Counted from the first letter of the stretch, positions 41,236-52,346 are shown. The stretch: 64,000 nucleotides of DNA from Candidatus Bathyarchaeia archaeon (GCA_049516875.1 JBEKSS010000010.1:54371-118370), one strand, 5' to 3'. Made by a program: numbers and translations. The notes: generated by a model not told the origin, from the letters alone.

Positions 41236-42003
41236 ATGAAGGGGGCAGGCGGATTGGACCTTAGAGGAAAAACGCTTATAGTAACAGGAGCTTCAAGGGG
41301 AATAGGCCGAGCTCTAGCTTCAGAACTGGCTCAAAATGGTGTCAACCTTGTCTTGAACGCCCGAAGCGAAGCACCCCTCGAGGAAGTGGCTATTGCTGCC
41401 CGAGGGAAAGGTGTGAACGCATTGACAGTAGTGGGCGATGCCGCGTTAGCCCGCAACGCCCGGGAGATGGTGAAAGCCGCGGTTGGCATTGGCGAATTCA
41501 TTGGTTTCATTCACAACGCGGGAACCGCTCATCCAGGTCCATTCTTGTACGAACTACCTGAAGCCACGTTCGAGGATGTCTGGCGATCCAACGTGTTAGC
41601 TGGTTACCAGATAGTGCGCTTCTCCTATCCAGAGCTGCGCCAAAGGAAGAGTAGCCTAGCGGTCTTCTTTGGGTCGGGAGCCGCAGAGATGAACGTAGAA
41701 GGCATCGGAGCCTACTGCCTGTCCAAGGCAGCGGAAGAACATTTGGCGAGACAACTCGCCGCCGAGGTCCCAGAAATCACTTGTTTCGTGTATCGACCTG
41801 GGGCTGTCGAGACTGAGATGCAGAAGAGTGGTCGGGAAGCAAAAGGCAGCGGGGCTAAGGTGTTACACCGAGTCTTCGGAGAGTTGAAGGAGCGAGGAAC
41901 CCTCCTAACTCCCGAAACAGCTGCGCGAGCATTAGTGCAGATAATCCAGAGAGACCCGCGCCACTTTCACGGCAAGACAGCTACCTATAAGGACGGATTG
42001 TGA
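41236..42003 (+). CDS. Short-chain dehydrogenase/reductase
   Basis: TGASRGIG, HNAG, YCLSK, PGAVETEM; start ATG 41236 or TTG 41254. Confidence 0.9.
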   Translation: MKGAGGLDLRGKTLIVTGASRGIGRALASELAQNGVNLVLNARSEAPLEEVAIAARGKGVNALTVVGDAALARNAREMVKAAVGIGEFIGFIHNAGTAHPGPFLYELPEATFEDVWRSNVLAGYQIVRFSYPELRQRKSSLAVFFGSGAAEMNVEGIGAYCLSKAAEEHLARQLAAEVPEITCFVYRPGAVETEMQKSGREAKGSGAKVLHRVFGELKERGTLLTPETAARALVQIIQRDPRHFHGKTATYKDGL

Positions 42004-42124
42004 AAGTAGCGCGAGCTCAAATCTAGTGGCGATATTTCCCGCAGCGCGCTACAGAATCAATTGACTATGACATAACTTTTATGTGTTCATTGTGAACTAG
42101 TGAAGCGCGCGCTAAGGGTGGGGC

Positions 42125-42179
42125 AAGCGAATCATGAAAAGCCTTTTCAGAGACTTGCTGATAACTTGTTAGTGGTTTG
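42125..42179 (+). promoter_or_regulatory. Conserved upstream element, copy 2
   Basis: aagcgaatcatgaaaagccttttcagagacttgctgataacttgttagtggtttg. Confidence 0.75.
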
Positions 42180-42184
42180 CCGGT

Positions 42185-45100
42185 ATGTCAGATATGTCAA
42201 GTCTAGAGGCAATTCTGAGTAGTGCTGAAGGAAAGGAGAAAGAGTACGATTGGTTGGGGGCAGCTGAGTCTTACAAGAACGCCTTGGGCTTGGTGCCCGA
42301 GCAAGATTCTTTGAGGATGAGTGAGGTTCACGAGCGGTTGGGCTATGCTCTTCACCGTTTTGCGTTTCAGGCTGAAAGCAATGACGAGTTCAGGCAAAGA
42401 TTGCATCAGTCTATTCTGAGCTATGAGAAGAGTAAGGAACTTTATGGAAGGTTAAATGAGTCCGTGAAGATGCCGAGGATGTTGCGTTGCGACGGCTTAA
42501 TCACATATCTGAACCATTGGCTCGCAGTCGAAGCAGGTGAAAAGAAGAGGCTGCTTGATGAATGTTGGAGATTGACAAAGGATGCTTTGAAAGCCTTTGA
42601 GGAGGTGGAGGATGCTTTGGAATATGGGAAAACGTACAACCAACTCGCCTCAAGCGCTTTTTTAGCCTATGTCCTTGAATGGAATTTTCAAGTCGGTGAG
42701 AAGATAATTAGAGAGGCGATGGAGCTCGGAGAGCGAGCAGTCACTTTGCTGTCCAGCGTCGGTGACCCTTACGAACTTGCAAGAGCATACGTAAAAGCAG
42801 CCTTTTACCTAACTACGTTCAGCCTTTATTTCGTTCCTGACTTGGATGAGAGGGAAAGACTTCGCCAAAAGGGTCAAGGTTATCTGCAGAAAGCCATCGA
42901 GCTTTCGGAAGAAACAGCGTTGCTTGCGCTGGCGGGCACACCTGGCGTCACTGGCGATGAAACAGGCTTGAGCATTGATGACATGCTCGTGCACTTTGAG
43001 AAAGCATTAGGCTACGCAAAGAAAACCAAAGACAAATATCTGATCGGAACCGCACTCGACTGGCTAACATATGCTGCTGGGTGGAAATCCATGCTAATCG
43101 AAGACCCGGACAAAAGGTTGGAGGCTGGGCAAAGAGCTCTGCAGTACGCTGAAGACGCCAAACATCAGTTCTCGTCAATCTCATTCGTGAGCCCACGTGG
43201 TGACGTATTGTGGACGGAAGCACCTCACGCCCAGCTCTACATGCAAAAGGCTCTCTTTGAGACTGATTCGAGGAAAAAACGCGATTTGCTGGAAAAGGCA
43301 GTGATAGATGGTGCCCCCACGATAAGATTGGCCGAGAGCACAGGCTACCCTGGAATCACAGCGCATGCGTATCAAATATTGAGCGTGGCGCTGGGGCGTT
43401 TGGCAGAAATTGAACCGAGCCTTGAAGAGAAAAAGAGCCTCTTGGAAAAAGCTATGGAACACGGGACGAAGACTGAAAAAATCGTGGAGCAACAGTATCC
43501 CTTCCTTTACTGGAACCGAGGCTTTAGACTGTTCTTCTTCGCTAATTTGAAGGCTGAAATGTCGAATTCAGAAAAAGACTCTGGGAAAAAAAGGAACATG
43601 CTTGAAGAAGCTATCTCAGACAAAGAGCGTGCCCTGCAGCTGTGCATCAAGGAGAGTTTGCAGTTTGAAAGGAGAGGTGACCTATCACTTTCCACTACTC
43701 TTGCGTTTTTCCAGTATTCTTATGGAGAGTTGCTTAACCGTCTTTACGGGTTAACCAACAGCAACGGGTATCAGAGAAAGGCAATAAAGACCTTCGAGGA
43801 GGCCGCCGAATCATATCAAAAAGCAAATCTGTTAAGCCGTGTGGCTGAGTGCTGCTGGAAAACTGCGAGAGGCTATGGCGCTCTCGGCGAACATCTAAAC
43901 GCTGCTAAAAACTTCAACTTGGCCTCAAACAACTACACGAGTGCCGCCGAAAAGATTCCTCAACTCAAATCCTTCTACCAAGACCACGCCCTTTACATGC
44001 AGGCTTGGAGCGAAATCGAGAAGGCAAGACATCATCATGACAGACAAGAGTATGGTTCAGCAAAGGAACATTTTGAAAAGGCTGCTGAACTACACAAGTC
44101 GTTGAAACGGTGGGGCTATCTAGAGCCCAACTATTCTGCTTGGGCTCAAGTCGAAAACGGAGAAGAACTGAGCAGGAAAGAGCAGAGCGAGGAAGCAATC
44201 GAAGCATTTAAACAAGCTGCAACGCTATTCAGCGAGAGCAAGAAATCGCTACAAACACAGCTCAGCAAGATTGAAGACGAGGATGAAAGGCAGATGGCGA
44301 CCAGTATGATCAAAGCCTCAGATTTGAGACAGGAATACTGCGACGCTAGAATTGCCCTTGAAGAAGCGAAAATTCTCGACAAGAAAGGTGAGCACTTCGC
44401 TAGCTCTGGGAAATATGGCTTCGCAGCCGAGACTTTTGAGAAAATAGGTCAGAATTTGGAGTCAGAACAGGAGCGAAAGGAATTCAAATTCATCATTAAT
44501 CTTTCCCGAGCTTGGCAGAAAATGATGTTGGCCGACGCCAAAGCTTCACCAGAGTTGTACTTGGAGGCATCTGCACTCTTTGAACAGGCGAGCAAAGAGA
44601 GTAACAACGAAATGACAGGTCTCCTTGCGTTGGGGCACAGTCGTTTCTGCAGAGCTCTTGAGGCGGGAACGAAATTTGCGGACACAGGAGACGCGGTGTT
44701 GCACAAGGTTGCTATACAGCACTTAGAAAGTGCCGCCAAATACTATGTGAAAGCTGGCTTCCAGAGCGCTTCAGAATACGCTAAAGCGACAGGACTGCTC
44801 TTTGATGCTTATGTGCACATGGATAACGCTAAGAGGGAAGAAGACCCGGAAAAAAAGGCTAAACTCTACACGATTGCTGAAAAAGTTCTGCAAACATCCG
44901 CTGGTTTCTACATGAAGGCAGAGCACCCAGAGAAAAGGGAACAAGTGATGAGACTGCTCGACAAGGTAAGGGAGGAAAGAGAATTGGCTGTATCAATTGC
45001 TGAGGTCTTGCACGCCCCAACTGTCATTTCAACAACGACATCTTTTGTTGCCCCGACTCCAACCAGCGAAGAAGCCGTCGGCTCAGAAAGATTTGAGCAT

Positions 45101-45493
45101 GCAGACGTACAGGCAAACCTGATAATCCGTCAAAAGGATTTGAAAGTTGGCGAAAGCCTTGACATAGAGTTGGAACTCGTGAACGCTGGAAAGGGGCCTG
45201 CGCTTCTGACTAAAGTCACTGACATTATCCCCAATGGTTTCGAGCTGACAGAAAAACCCGAAGCCTACCGAGTAGAAGATAGCTACCTCAACATGAAAGG
45301 AAAACGACTTGACCCGCTCAAAACAGAAGAAGTGAAACTCGTTCTTAAGCCCACATTACAAGGCATGTTTTCATTCAAACCGACAGTACTGTACCTAGAC
45401 GAGAGGGGGAAGTACAAGTCACACGAACCGGAACCCGTGACGATAGTGGTCAAAGAGCTCGGAATCAAGGGATGGCTCAAAGGAGAAAGATGA
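42185..45493 (+). CDS. Large TPR/alpha-solenoid protein with C-terminal Ig-like beta domain, paralogue 2
   Basis: Collinear with paralogues 1 and 3; identical terminus KELGIKGWLKGER. Confidence 0.88.
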   Translation: MSDMSSLEAILSSAEGKEKEYDWLGAAESYKNALGLVPEQDSLRMSEVHERLGYALHRFAFQAESNDEFRQRLHQSILSYEKSKELYGRLNESVKMPRMLRCDGLITYLNHWLAVEAGEKKRLLDECWRLTKDALKAFEEVEDALEYGKTYNQLASSAFLAYVLEWNFQVGEKIIREAMELGERAVTLLSSVGDPYELARAYVKAAFYLTTFSLYFVPDLDERERLRQKGQGYLQKAIELSEETALLALAGTPGVTGDETGLSIDDMLVHFEKALGYAKKTKDKYLIGTALDWLTYAAGWKSMLIEDPDKRLEAGQRALQYAEDAKHQFSSISFVSPRGDVLWTEAPHAQLYMQKALFETDSRKKRDLLEKAVIDGAPTIRLAESTGYPGITAHAYQILSVALGRLAEIEPSLEEKKSLLEKAMEHGTKTEKIVEQQYPFLYWNRGFRLFFFANLKAEMSNSEKDSGKKRNMLEEAISDKERALQLCIKESLQFERRGDLSLSTTLAFFQYSYGELLNRLYGLTNSNGYQRKAIKTFEEAAESYQKANLLSRVAECCWKTARGYGALGEHLNAAKNFNLASNNYTSAAEKIPQLKSFYQDHALYMQAWSEIEKARHHHDRQEYGSAKEHFEKAAELHKSLKRWGYLEPNYSAWAQVENGEELSRKEQSEEAIEAFKQAATLFSESKKSLQTQLSKIEDEDERQMATSMIKASDLRQEYCDARIALEEAKILDKKGEHFASSGKYGFAAETFEKIGQNLESEQERKEFKFIINLSRAWQKMMLADAKASPELYLEASALFEQASKESNNEMTGLLALGHSRFCRALEAGTKFADTGDAVLHKVAIQHLESAAKYYVKAGFQSASEYAKATGLLFDAYVHMDNAKREEDPEKKAKLYTIAEKVLQTSAGFYMKAEHPEKREQVMRLLDKVREERELAVSIAEVLHAPTVISTTTSFVAPTPTSEEAVGSERFEHADVQANLIIRQKDLKVGESLDIELELVNAGKGPALLTKVTDIIPNGFELTEKPEAYRVEDSYLNMKGKRLDPLKTEEVKLVLKPTLQGMFSFKPTVLYLDERGKYKSHEPEPVTIVVKELGIKGWLKGER

Positions 45494-45603
45494 CCTAACA
45501 ACGCAGTTTTGTCCAATCCTTTATGCGCGCATAAACACTTGACAACGCCCGCAAGTTTAGCAGTCATAAGAAGCGGTGCGCGAAGGAGGACCAAGCATTG
45601 AGG

Positions 45604-47697
45604 CTAGCTAGGGAAAGGACAGTTCAACGTGGGACACCCGCCTGAATATTCCGGTTCGAGGGACACGAACTTGCCCTTGTCAGTTTTTATCTCTCCAATG
45701 TACAACACTTGCTCAGGTTTGCTGCCGTACCTGAACACGGTGACGCCTTTGCATTTCAGCTTCCAGGCCAGCTCATAGATTTTCCTAACATCTTCAACCT
45801 TGGCTTCCGAAGGCAAGTTAACGGTCTTTGAAACAGCGTTGTCAGTGTACTTCTGGAAAACAGCCTGCATTCGCACGTGCCATTCGGGCGCGATGTCTAA
45901 AGCCGTAGCGAAGAGCCTCATCACTTCCTCAGGAACCCCTTCAATCTTCTGCACAGAACCCGTGTGGGCTATCTCTTCAAGCAGTTTTGCGCTGTAGAAC
46001 CCGCGCTCCTTAGACATCACCTCAAACAACGGATTCGTTTCAAACAGCCTCGTCCCGCTTAGAACGTTCCTTATGAAGGATATCGCGAAGATAGGCTCTA
46101 TGCCCGAAGAACAGCCGGCAATTATGCTTATGGTTCCTGTGGGTGCAACGGTTGTGACCGTGGAGTTTCTGAGTGCAGAATGCCTGTCTTTCCAGATGCT
46201 GCCTTCAAAGTTAGGGAAAGAACCCCGTTCCTGACCCAACTCCTCAGACCGCTTGTGCCCCTCCTCCTCGATGAACTTCATTATCTCATCGCCCTGCCTC
46301 AAAGCCTGCTCAGAATCGTACGGAATTCCAAGCTTGACAAGCATGTCCGCGAAACCCATCACGCCCAAACCTATCTTCCTATTAGCCAACGTAATCTCCT
46401 CGATCTCCTTCAAGGGATACCTGTTCGCGTCAATCACATTGTCAAGAAAATGCACCGCGTTCCTAACAGTCTCCCCGAGCTTCCTCCAATCTATCTTCCC
46501 GTCCACGACCATCTGGGACAAGTTGATAGAACCCAAGTTGCAAGACTCGTAAGGAAGCAACGGCTGCTCCCCGCAAGGATTCGTGGACTCTATTCTTCCC
46601 ACTTGTGGAGTGGGATTGTGTCTGTTGATTTCGTCGATGAATATGACGCCTGGGTCGCCGCTCATCCAGGCTGACTTTGCCATCAAATCCCAAACCTCTT
46701 TCGCGTTGAGCTTCTTGGTCTTCTCCTTGTTCCGCGGGTTCACAAGCCAGTACTCGCCGTTTTCCTCAACGGCCTTCATAAAGTCATCAGTCACCGCGAC
46801 TGAAATGTTGAAGTTTGAGAGAAACCCAGGCTGCTGTTTGGAGGTTATGAACTCGACAACGTCCGGGTGGTCGACTCTCAAGACTGCCATCATCGCTCCC
46901 CTGCGTTTTCCGCCAGCCTTTATGATTTCTGTGCCAGTGTCAAAAATCCTCATGAAACTGACTGGTCCAGACGCTACTCCCTTGGTTGACTTGACTATGT
47001 CGCCTTTAGGCCTCAGCCTCGAAAAATCGAAGCCGACGCCTCCACCACTCTGCTCTATCAAGGCCATATTCTTTGCTGAAGTGAAGATGCCACCGAGCGA
47101 GTCCTCAACCGGCAGGACAAAACACGCTGACAGCTGACCAAGCCGCGTGCCAGCGTTGAACAGAGTCGGTGTGTTAGGGATGAACTCAAGCCTTGACATC
47201 ATCCCGTAGAACACTTTTTCAATTTCGTTCGGGTTCGCACCGTAGTTACTGTCTGCAGCTGCTACTGCCCGAGCTACTCTCTTGAACAGTTCAGCCGGGG
47301 ACTCTACGATTCTTTCATCTTCATCCCTCAGAAGGTATCTCTGCCTTAAGACTTCAAGCGCGTTTACAGTTAGCTTGGGCTCCTCAAATTCCAGCTTTTG
47401 TCTTAACTTCCTGATTTCCTGCTTTTTCTCCCTGTAGGCCTGATAGCTTTCAGCAACTTTTCCGCACCCTTTCTCCTTCAAAACCCTTACAACAGCGTCC
47501 TGTGCATCCTCGACAGAGGGAACCTTTCCCTCGAACTTCTGCTCTAGAAGCTTGACAACCTCAATCGTAATGCTTTCAGCTTTCTCCCCATCGTGAAGTT
47601 CCACAGCGATGAAAGCCTTGTATACTGCATCTCTGATTCTCCGTGGCTCAAAATCAACGACTCTCCCGTCCCTTTTTGTAATCTTCAAAATGGGCAT
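45604..47697 (-). CDS. nrdJ: Class II (B12-dependent) ribonucleotide reductase with N-terminal ATP cone
   Basis: ITKRDG ATP cone, [38 protein letters not shown]-terminal Cys pair. Confidence 0.93.
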   Translation of the reverse strand: MPILKITKRDGRVVDFEPRRIRDAVYKAFIAVELHDGEKAESITIEVVKLLEQKFEGKVPSVEDAQDAVVRVLKEKGCGKVAESYQAYREKKQEIRKLRQKLEFEEPKLTVNALEVLRQRYLLRDEDERIVESPAELFKRVARAVAAADSNYGANPNEIEKVFYGMMSRLEFIPNTPTLFNAGTRLGQLSACFVLPVEDSLGGIFTSAKNMALIEQSGGGVGFDFSRLRPKGDIVKSTKGVASGPVSFMRIFDTGTEIIKAGGKRRGAMMAVLRVDHPDVVEFITSKQQPGFLSNFNISVAVTDDFMKAVEENGEYWLVNPRNKEKTKKLNAKEVWDLMAKSAWMSGDPGVIFIDEINRHNPTPQVGRIESTNPCGEQPLLPYESCNLGSINLSQMVVDGKIDWRKLGETVRNAVHFLDNVIDANRYPLKEIEEITLANRKIGLGVMGFADMLVKLGIPYDSEQALRQGDEIMKFIEEEGHKRSEELGQERGSFPNFEGSIWKDRHSALRNSTVTTVAPTGTISIIAGCSSGIEPIFAISFIRNVLSGTRLFETNPLFEVMSKERGFYSAKLLEEIAHTGSVQKIEGVPEEVMRLFATALDIAPEWHVRMQAVFQKYTDNAVSKTVNLPSEAKVEDVRKIYELAWKLKCKGVTVFRYGSKPEQVLYIGEIKTDKGKFVSLEPEYSGGCPTLNCPFPS

Positions 47698-47775
47698 GCT
47701 TTATCAACTCAAACTTGCTGCCGTTGGAATATAAGGTTTATAAGAAAAATTTCAGCAAAAAAGAGTTACGTTTTT

Positions 47776-47937
47776 TCATTCTTTTTTGACAAACTGGTCC
47801 TTCGAAACTCCGCAGACTGGACAGACCCAGTCATCGGGCAGAGCCTCAAACGGCGTTCCAGCTTTCATGCCGTGCTCGGGATCTCCCATTGCTGAATCGT
47901 AAATGTAACCGCAAACTGAGCATTCCCATTTCTCCAC
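47776..47937 (-). CDS. Rubredoxin (53 aa, missed by ORF track)
   Basis: Hand translation: [53 protein letters not shown]. Confidence 0.95.
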   Translation of the reverse strand: MEKWECSVCGYIYDSAMGDPEHGMKAGTPFEALPDDWVCPVCGVSKDQFVKKE

Positions 47938-48046
47938 GGTCAAGCCTCACATTTGTGAGAAATCATCAACTCACCGTATTTAAAGCCTACCGTGCAGTGA
48001 GCGTTTTCTGGAACGTCTCCTGAGCACATGATGTTTGGAAAGAATG

Positions 48047-48274
48047 TCATATCGCAGTTTGGAGTTGCTCGATGAGCTCCTTCTTCATCGCATCATCGTC
48101 TTGAATCTCTTTTCGAGCCTTACGCCAGTCTGCTGAGCAGCGTCCGTAGCTCGATTGTTCGCCAACATAGCAGTGGATGACCTTGTCAACTTTGTCTTTG
48201 TTTTTGTCGGTTACCTTTACTCCGGCTTCTTTCAACATCCCGTCAAACCATTTCCAACAAGTCATTCCTAGCAC
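48047..48274 (-). CDS. Small hypothetical protein
   Basis: MTCW..LKEAGV..KVDKVIH..CSADWRK helical pattern; TTTATAA box upstream. Confidence 0.65.
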   Translation of the reverse strand: MLGMTCWKWFDGMLKEAGVKVTDKNKDKVDKVIHCYVGEQSSYGRCSADWRKARKEIQDDDAMKKELIEQLQTAI

Positions 48275-48379
48275 CGAATACGCTTTTTCCTGTTTGGCTT
48301 ATAAAGATTGTCAAATCTTCAAATCTGGCATTGTCAAGAAGAATGGAAAGAAAAAAGGAAAATCTTCTGAACGTTTGCG

Positions 48380-48535
48380 TCACTTTTTCTTTGTCTGTCC
48401 GTATCGCTCGGCACATTTTGCGCAGCAGAAAACGTATTCTTTGCCCTCAATCACCGTGCGGTGAGAGGCGAGTTTGCATGCTTCCTGCGGCATTTCTGCT
48501 TTGCAGAATTCACAACGGACAAACTGTGGCTTCAT
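48380..48535 (-). CDS. TRASH/YHS-like metal-binding microprotein (51 aa, missed by ORF track)
   Basis: Hand translation: MKPQFVRCEFCKAEMPQEACKLASHRTVIEGKEYVFCCAKCAERYGQTKKK*; ATGA overlap with iscU stop. Confidence 0.85.
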   Translation of the reverse strand: MKPQFVRCEFCKAEMPQEACKLASHRTVIEGKEYVFCCAKCAERYGQTKKK

Positions 48536-48921
48536 TTTTTGACATCTCCCCCTTTTCCATGCTTCTTATAATAATCTTCAATTGCGGCGTGCAACGCGTC
48601 TGCGGCAAGGTTGGAGCAGTGCATCTTGATGGCAGGAAGTCCGCCCAGCTCATCTGCAACGTTTGCCCGCGTGATTTTCAAGCCTTCTTCCAACGTTTTT
48701 CCCTTGGCCAGTTCGGTAATCATGCTGCTCGTCGCGATTGCTGAGCCACAGCCAAACGTTTTGAACTTGATGTCGACCAAACGGTTGTCTTTGACTTTAA
48801 TGTAAATTGTCATCAAGTCACCACACACGGGGTTTCCCACCGTGCCGACGCCGTCAGCATCCGGGATTTCGCCGACGTTGCGAGGGTTTTTGAAGTGTTC
48901 CATGACCTTTTCGGTGTACAT
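48532..48921 (-). CDS. iscU: Fe-S scaffold IscU/NifU
   Basis: HFKNPRNVG, PVCGD, FGCGSAIA, LPAIKMHCS. Confidence 0.95.
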   Translation of the reverse strand: MYTEKVMEHFKNPRNVGEIPDADGVGTVGNPVCGDLMTIYIKVKDNRLVDIKFKTFGCGSAIATSSMITELAKGKTLEEGLKITRANVADELGGLPAIKMHCSNLAADALHAAIEDYYKKHGKGGDVKK

Positions 48922-50105
48922 TATGTTTTCAACTCCTTTGGTGTCAGAGGTGACATACCTCTTAGTCTCTTAACGATGTCTGGCATTAAGCTTGCTGCGT
49001 AGTCAACATCTTCTTCCGTGTTGTTCCTGCCCAGAGTAAACATCAGGGAGCCATGAGCCTCCTCGTGCTTCAGTCCGATTGCCAAGAGCACGTGTGACGG
49101 TTCTAGGGTCTTGGCCGTGCAGGCGGAACCAGATGATGCGTACACGCCCATCATGTCTAGGCTGAGCAGCATAGACTCTCCTTCTATGAAGCTGTATCTT
49201 ACGGAGACGTTGTCGGGCAGACGTGTGGTCGGATGCCCGTTCAAGAAAGAATACGGAATCGGCTTCAGCAAACCGTCGATGAACATGTCTCTCAGTCTGG
49301 TGAGCCGCGCACTCTCAGTCTGCATTTCCTTCTTGGCTATTTCCGCAGCCTCTCCAAACCCTACGATGGCCGCCACGTTCTCTGTCCCTGATCTGAGACC
49401 TCTTTCCTGGCCGCCACCGTGCAACAGAGGTTCGAAGCGCACCCCTTCTTTTATGTAGAGCGCGCCTAGGCCCCTTGGGCCGTACATGTCGTTCGAAGAG
49501 ATTGTTAGCAGGTCTATGCCTTCATTCTTGACGTCCACTGGGATCTGGCCACAAGCGGCCGTGGCATCAACGTGTAGATAAGCGTTCTTGGCGTGCACTA
49601 TTTTGCTGATTTCTTTTATGGGTTCGATTGTTCCTATTTCCCCGTTTGCGTACACTATGGACACGAGGACCGTTTTGTCGGTTAATTCTTTCTGCAAGCT
49701 CTCAAGGTTCAAGAAGCCATACTTGTCAACTGGAACAAAAACGACTTCAAACCCTTTTGTAGTCAAGAACTTGCATGGGTTAACGACGGACATGTGCTCC
49801 ACACTGGAGGTAAGGACACGATTCCCTCGATCCTTGTTGCGGTTGACCACGCCTTTGATGGCCAAGTTGTTGCTCTCTGTTGCTCCTGAAGTGAAGATTA
49901 TCGATTCTTTTTTCTCAGCGTTAATTAATCCTGCAACCTTTGCTCTTGCTTCTTCGACTGCACGCTTTGCTTCTTGGCCAAACACGTGTAGTGATGATGG
50001 GTTTCCATAGGACGATTTCATGTAAGGCAGCATGGCTTCTATCACGCGAGATTCCACGGGTCTGCCCGCCGCATGATCCATATAGATTCGCTTTGTTGCG
50101 GACAA
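48921..50105 (-). CDS. iscS: Cysteine desulfurase IscS/NifS-like
   Basis: GNPSS, FTSGATE, RSGTEN, SSGSACT; usual PLP motif SxHK reads SSND here. Confidence 0.88.
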   Translation of the reverse strand: MSATKRIYMDHAAGRPVESRVIEAMLPYMKSSYGNPSSLHVFGQEAKRAVEEARAKVAGLINAEKKESIIFTSGATESNNLAIKGVVNRNKDRGNRVLTSSVEHMSVVNPCKFLTTKGFEVVFVPVDKYGFLNLESLQKELTDKTVLVSIVYANGEIGTIEPIKEISKIVHAKNAYLHVDATAACGQIPVDVKNEGIDLLTISSNDMYGPRGLGALYIKEGVRFEPLLHGGGQERGLRSGTENVAAIVGFGEAAEIAKKEMQTESARLTRLRDMFIDGLLKPIPYSFLNGHPTTRLPDNVSVRYSFIEGESMLLSLDMMGVYASSGSACTAKTLEPSHVLLAIGLKHEEAHGSLMFTLGRNNTEEDVDYAASLMPDIVKRLRGMSPLTPKELKT

Positions 50106-50116
50106 GGCCTGCTCAC

Positions 50117-50482
50117 TTAGAAACAGAGAACACCGTCAGCATTAAGGGCCAAATCATTAAGGGTTGCCGCGCCCACAATCTGCGCCTCTTTCGTGAAGTC
50201 GCCCCGCGGAATGCCCATTAACCCACAGCTCTGCTCGCATACGACAAGCTTGACTCCAGCTTTCACTGCCTGATCCATTACCTCTTTAAGCGACGGAAAA
50301 CTGCCAACCTTGATTTTCTCAGCTTCCCCTTTCTTGACAAGCGTGATACCCTTGATTACAAAGTAGACGGTGGCGTCAACGTTCATCATCGCAGCTGTGG
50401 TAGCCAGAATGAACGGTGCATAGGCTCTTTCAGGGGTGTCAACGCCGCTAGTTTGCACGTACAGCATCTTCTTAGCACTCAT
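50117..50482 (-). CDS. DsrE family sulfur-relay protein
   Basis: APFILA..A, AGVKLVVCEQS, VGAAT. Confidence 0.85.
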   Translation of the reverse strand: MSAKKMLYVQTSGVDTPERAYAPFILATTAAMMNVDATVYFVIKGITLVKKGEAEKIKVGSFPSLKEVMDQAVKAGVKLVVCEQSCGLMGIPRGDFTKEAQIVGAATLNDLALNADGVLCF

Positions 50483-50505
50483 TTCATTTCACTTCCTGAT
50501 AATCC

Positions 50506-50742
50506 TCATCTAACCTTCCTTACTAATATACGAACCGCATTACCCTCCTTGCTAACGCTCACCAATTCTTGCTCCAGGTTCTTCACGAGGCTACGTATAT
50601 CGGATTCCGCCGCAGGATCGTCCGCCAGAACCTCCAAAGTCTCGCCAACCTTCAGCTCATCCAGCTCTAATCTTGTCTTGAAAACGGGTTCAGGACAGTA
50701 CAAGCCCAGGCAGTCCAACGTTCTGTCAGGCTTAACCTTCAT
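50506..50742 (-). CDS. tusA: TusA/SirA sulfur carrier
   Basis: LDCLGLYCPEPV, GETLEVLADDP. Confidence 0.92.
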   Translation of the reverse strand: MKVKPDRTLDCLGLYCPEPVFKTRLELDELKVGETLEVLADDPAAESDIRSLVKNLEQELVSVSKEGNAVRILVRKVR

Positions 50743-50815
50743 GATATATCCTCTCATCAACAGTCCAAAAAGGGGAATAAATAAGTTACTGAGTCTGTAA
50801 CGCCGTACAATTCGT

Positions 50816-51068
<253 letters not shown>

Positions 51069-51132
51069 TCACCCAAGCTAGAGTAAAAACCTGGAAATAT
51101 TAACTCTTCTGTCTCTCCAAGATGCTTCAACC

Positions 51133-51687
51133 TTAGCGCGTGGGCCTCTTCCTCTTTCTTCTGCGTTGCAGCTTAGGAACGTTGTCAACCTGTTCTGTTG
51201 GGAAATACCAGGGCATCGTGACGTAAGAGCTTGGTGGAATATGCCTGCCGTGTTTTCTGGCTCTTTCTTGGAGTTTGACCGTGCGCTTTTTGATGATGCG
51301 TTCCCATTCTTTTTTCTTTGAATTTGGGATCAACTCGTTCAGTTTGTCCGCAAGCTTCTCTGCGTCTTTGAGTTCAAGCGGAATGAGGATGTCGCGACGA
51401 TGTAGAAGGCTTATCTTGACTTTTCCTGTTTCATTCACACGAACCTTCTCTATGTCGGTGAGGCGTATGTGCAAAGGAACAAACACGCTGAGAATGCCGC
51501 CGATGGTTTCTTTGAGAATCGGCTTGTTTTCAAGCGCTTCCTCAATGTCGTTCTTCAAGCTCCCCTTCAAGTCTATCTTGAGCTGATTCTCATCAAGCCT
51601 TACTGTGAAATGCTGCGTTTCAAATTCCAGAATTGCAGTTGCTTCAGGCATACCCACATCCTCTGGGAGCACGCGTTCATCAATCAA
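51133..51687 (-). CDS. Hypothetical protein (beta-rich core, basic tail)
   Basis: 184-aa ORF with normal composition; no family recognised. Confidence 0.65.
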   Translation of the reverse strand: MIDERVLPEDVGMPEATAILEFETQHFTVRLDENQLKIDLKGSLKNDIEEALENKPILKETIGGILSVFVPLHIRLTDIEKVRVNETGKVKISLLHRRDILIPLELKDAEKLADKLNELIPNSKKKEWERIIKKRTVKLQERARKHGRHIPPSSYVTMPWYFPTEQVDNVPKLQRRRKRKRPTR

Positions 51688-51908
51688 TCTGCATTGGAAG
51701 TCTCATATTTGACTTGTGCCACGTGGTCATTCAATCTCGACTCCGAGCGTGGGAAAGATTTTCTGCAGTGTTTATGATTGACGGCTAACGTAAGCTGACC
51801 CTGCGAGATCGAAGAATATCTGGCGGCCATTCTTGGGATGACGAATTCGTGACGAAAGGCAAAGTCTTATCTAAACATGGGTTCATGTTGAGAAAGGAGT
51901 TTGCGATC

Positions 51909-52346
51909 ATGAGGGAAGGCTCAGGAAGGAAATCTAACGTACTCGGTGTCCGCTTCTGGTACACTGGCATCCGCGTGAAAGACCTCGAGGAATCGATCAG
52001 GTTCTACAGGGAAGCGCTCGGATTCCACATCGTGTTGAAAGGCAGGATGGTCGCTCACGAAGGGACATACGTCCACATGAGGACTCCAACCGGCAAGCAG
52101 ATTCTTGAACTGAACTATTATCCGAAGACGAGCAAGTTCTACGAAGACTATGTGAACGGCTCGGAGCTAGACCACATCGGGTTGTACGTGAGCAACGTTA
52201 GAGAACAATACAAAAGGTTAATCGAACTTGGATGCCAACCCGCAGTAGAGCCATTCAACCAAGGTTCTTGGGTTCTAGCCTTCGTCAAGGATCCCAACGG
52301 CATCTGGCTGGAACTCATCGGCAGAGAACACAAGAAAAAGGCGTAG
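51909..52346 (+). CDS. VOC/glyoxalase family protein
   Basis: YTGIRVKDLEESIRFY, LELNYY, DHIG, FVKDPNGIWLEL. Confidence 0.87.
   Translation: MREGSGRKSNVLGVRFWYTGIRVKDLEESIRFYREALGFHIVLKGRMVAHEGTYVHMRTPTGKQILELNYYPKTSKFYEDYVNGSELDHIGLYVSNVREQYKRLIELGCQPAVEPFNQGSWVLAFVKDPNGIWLELIGREHKKKA

Noticed and set aside
45604-47697. Intein in the ribonucleotide reductase
   Set aside because: Length and motif spacing are normal; no splice-junction or endonuclease motifs.
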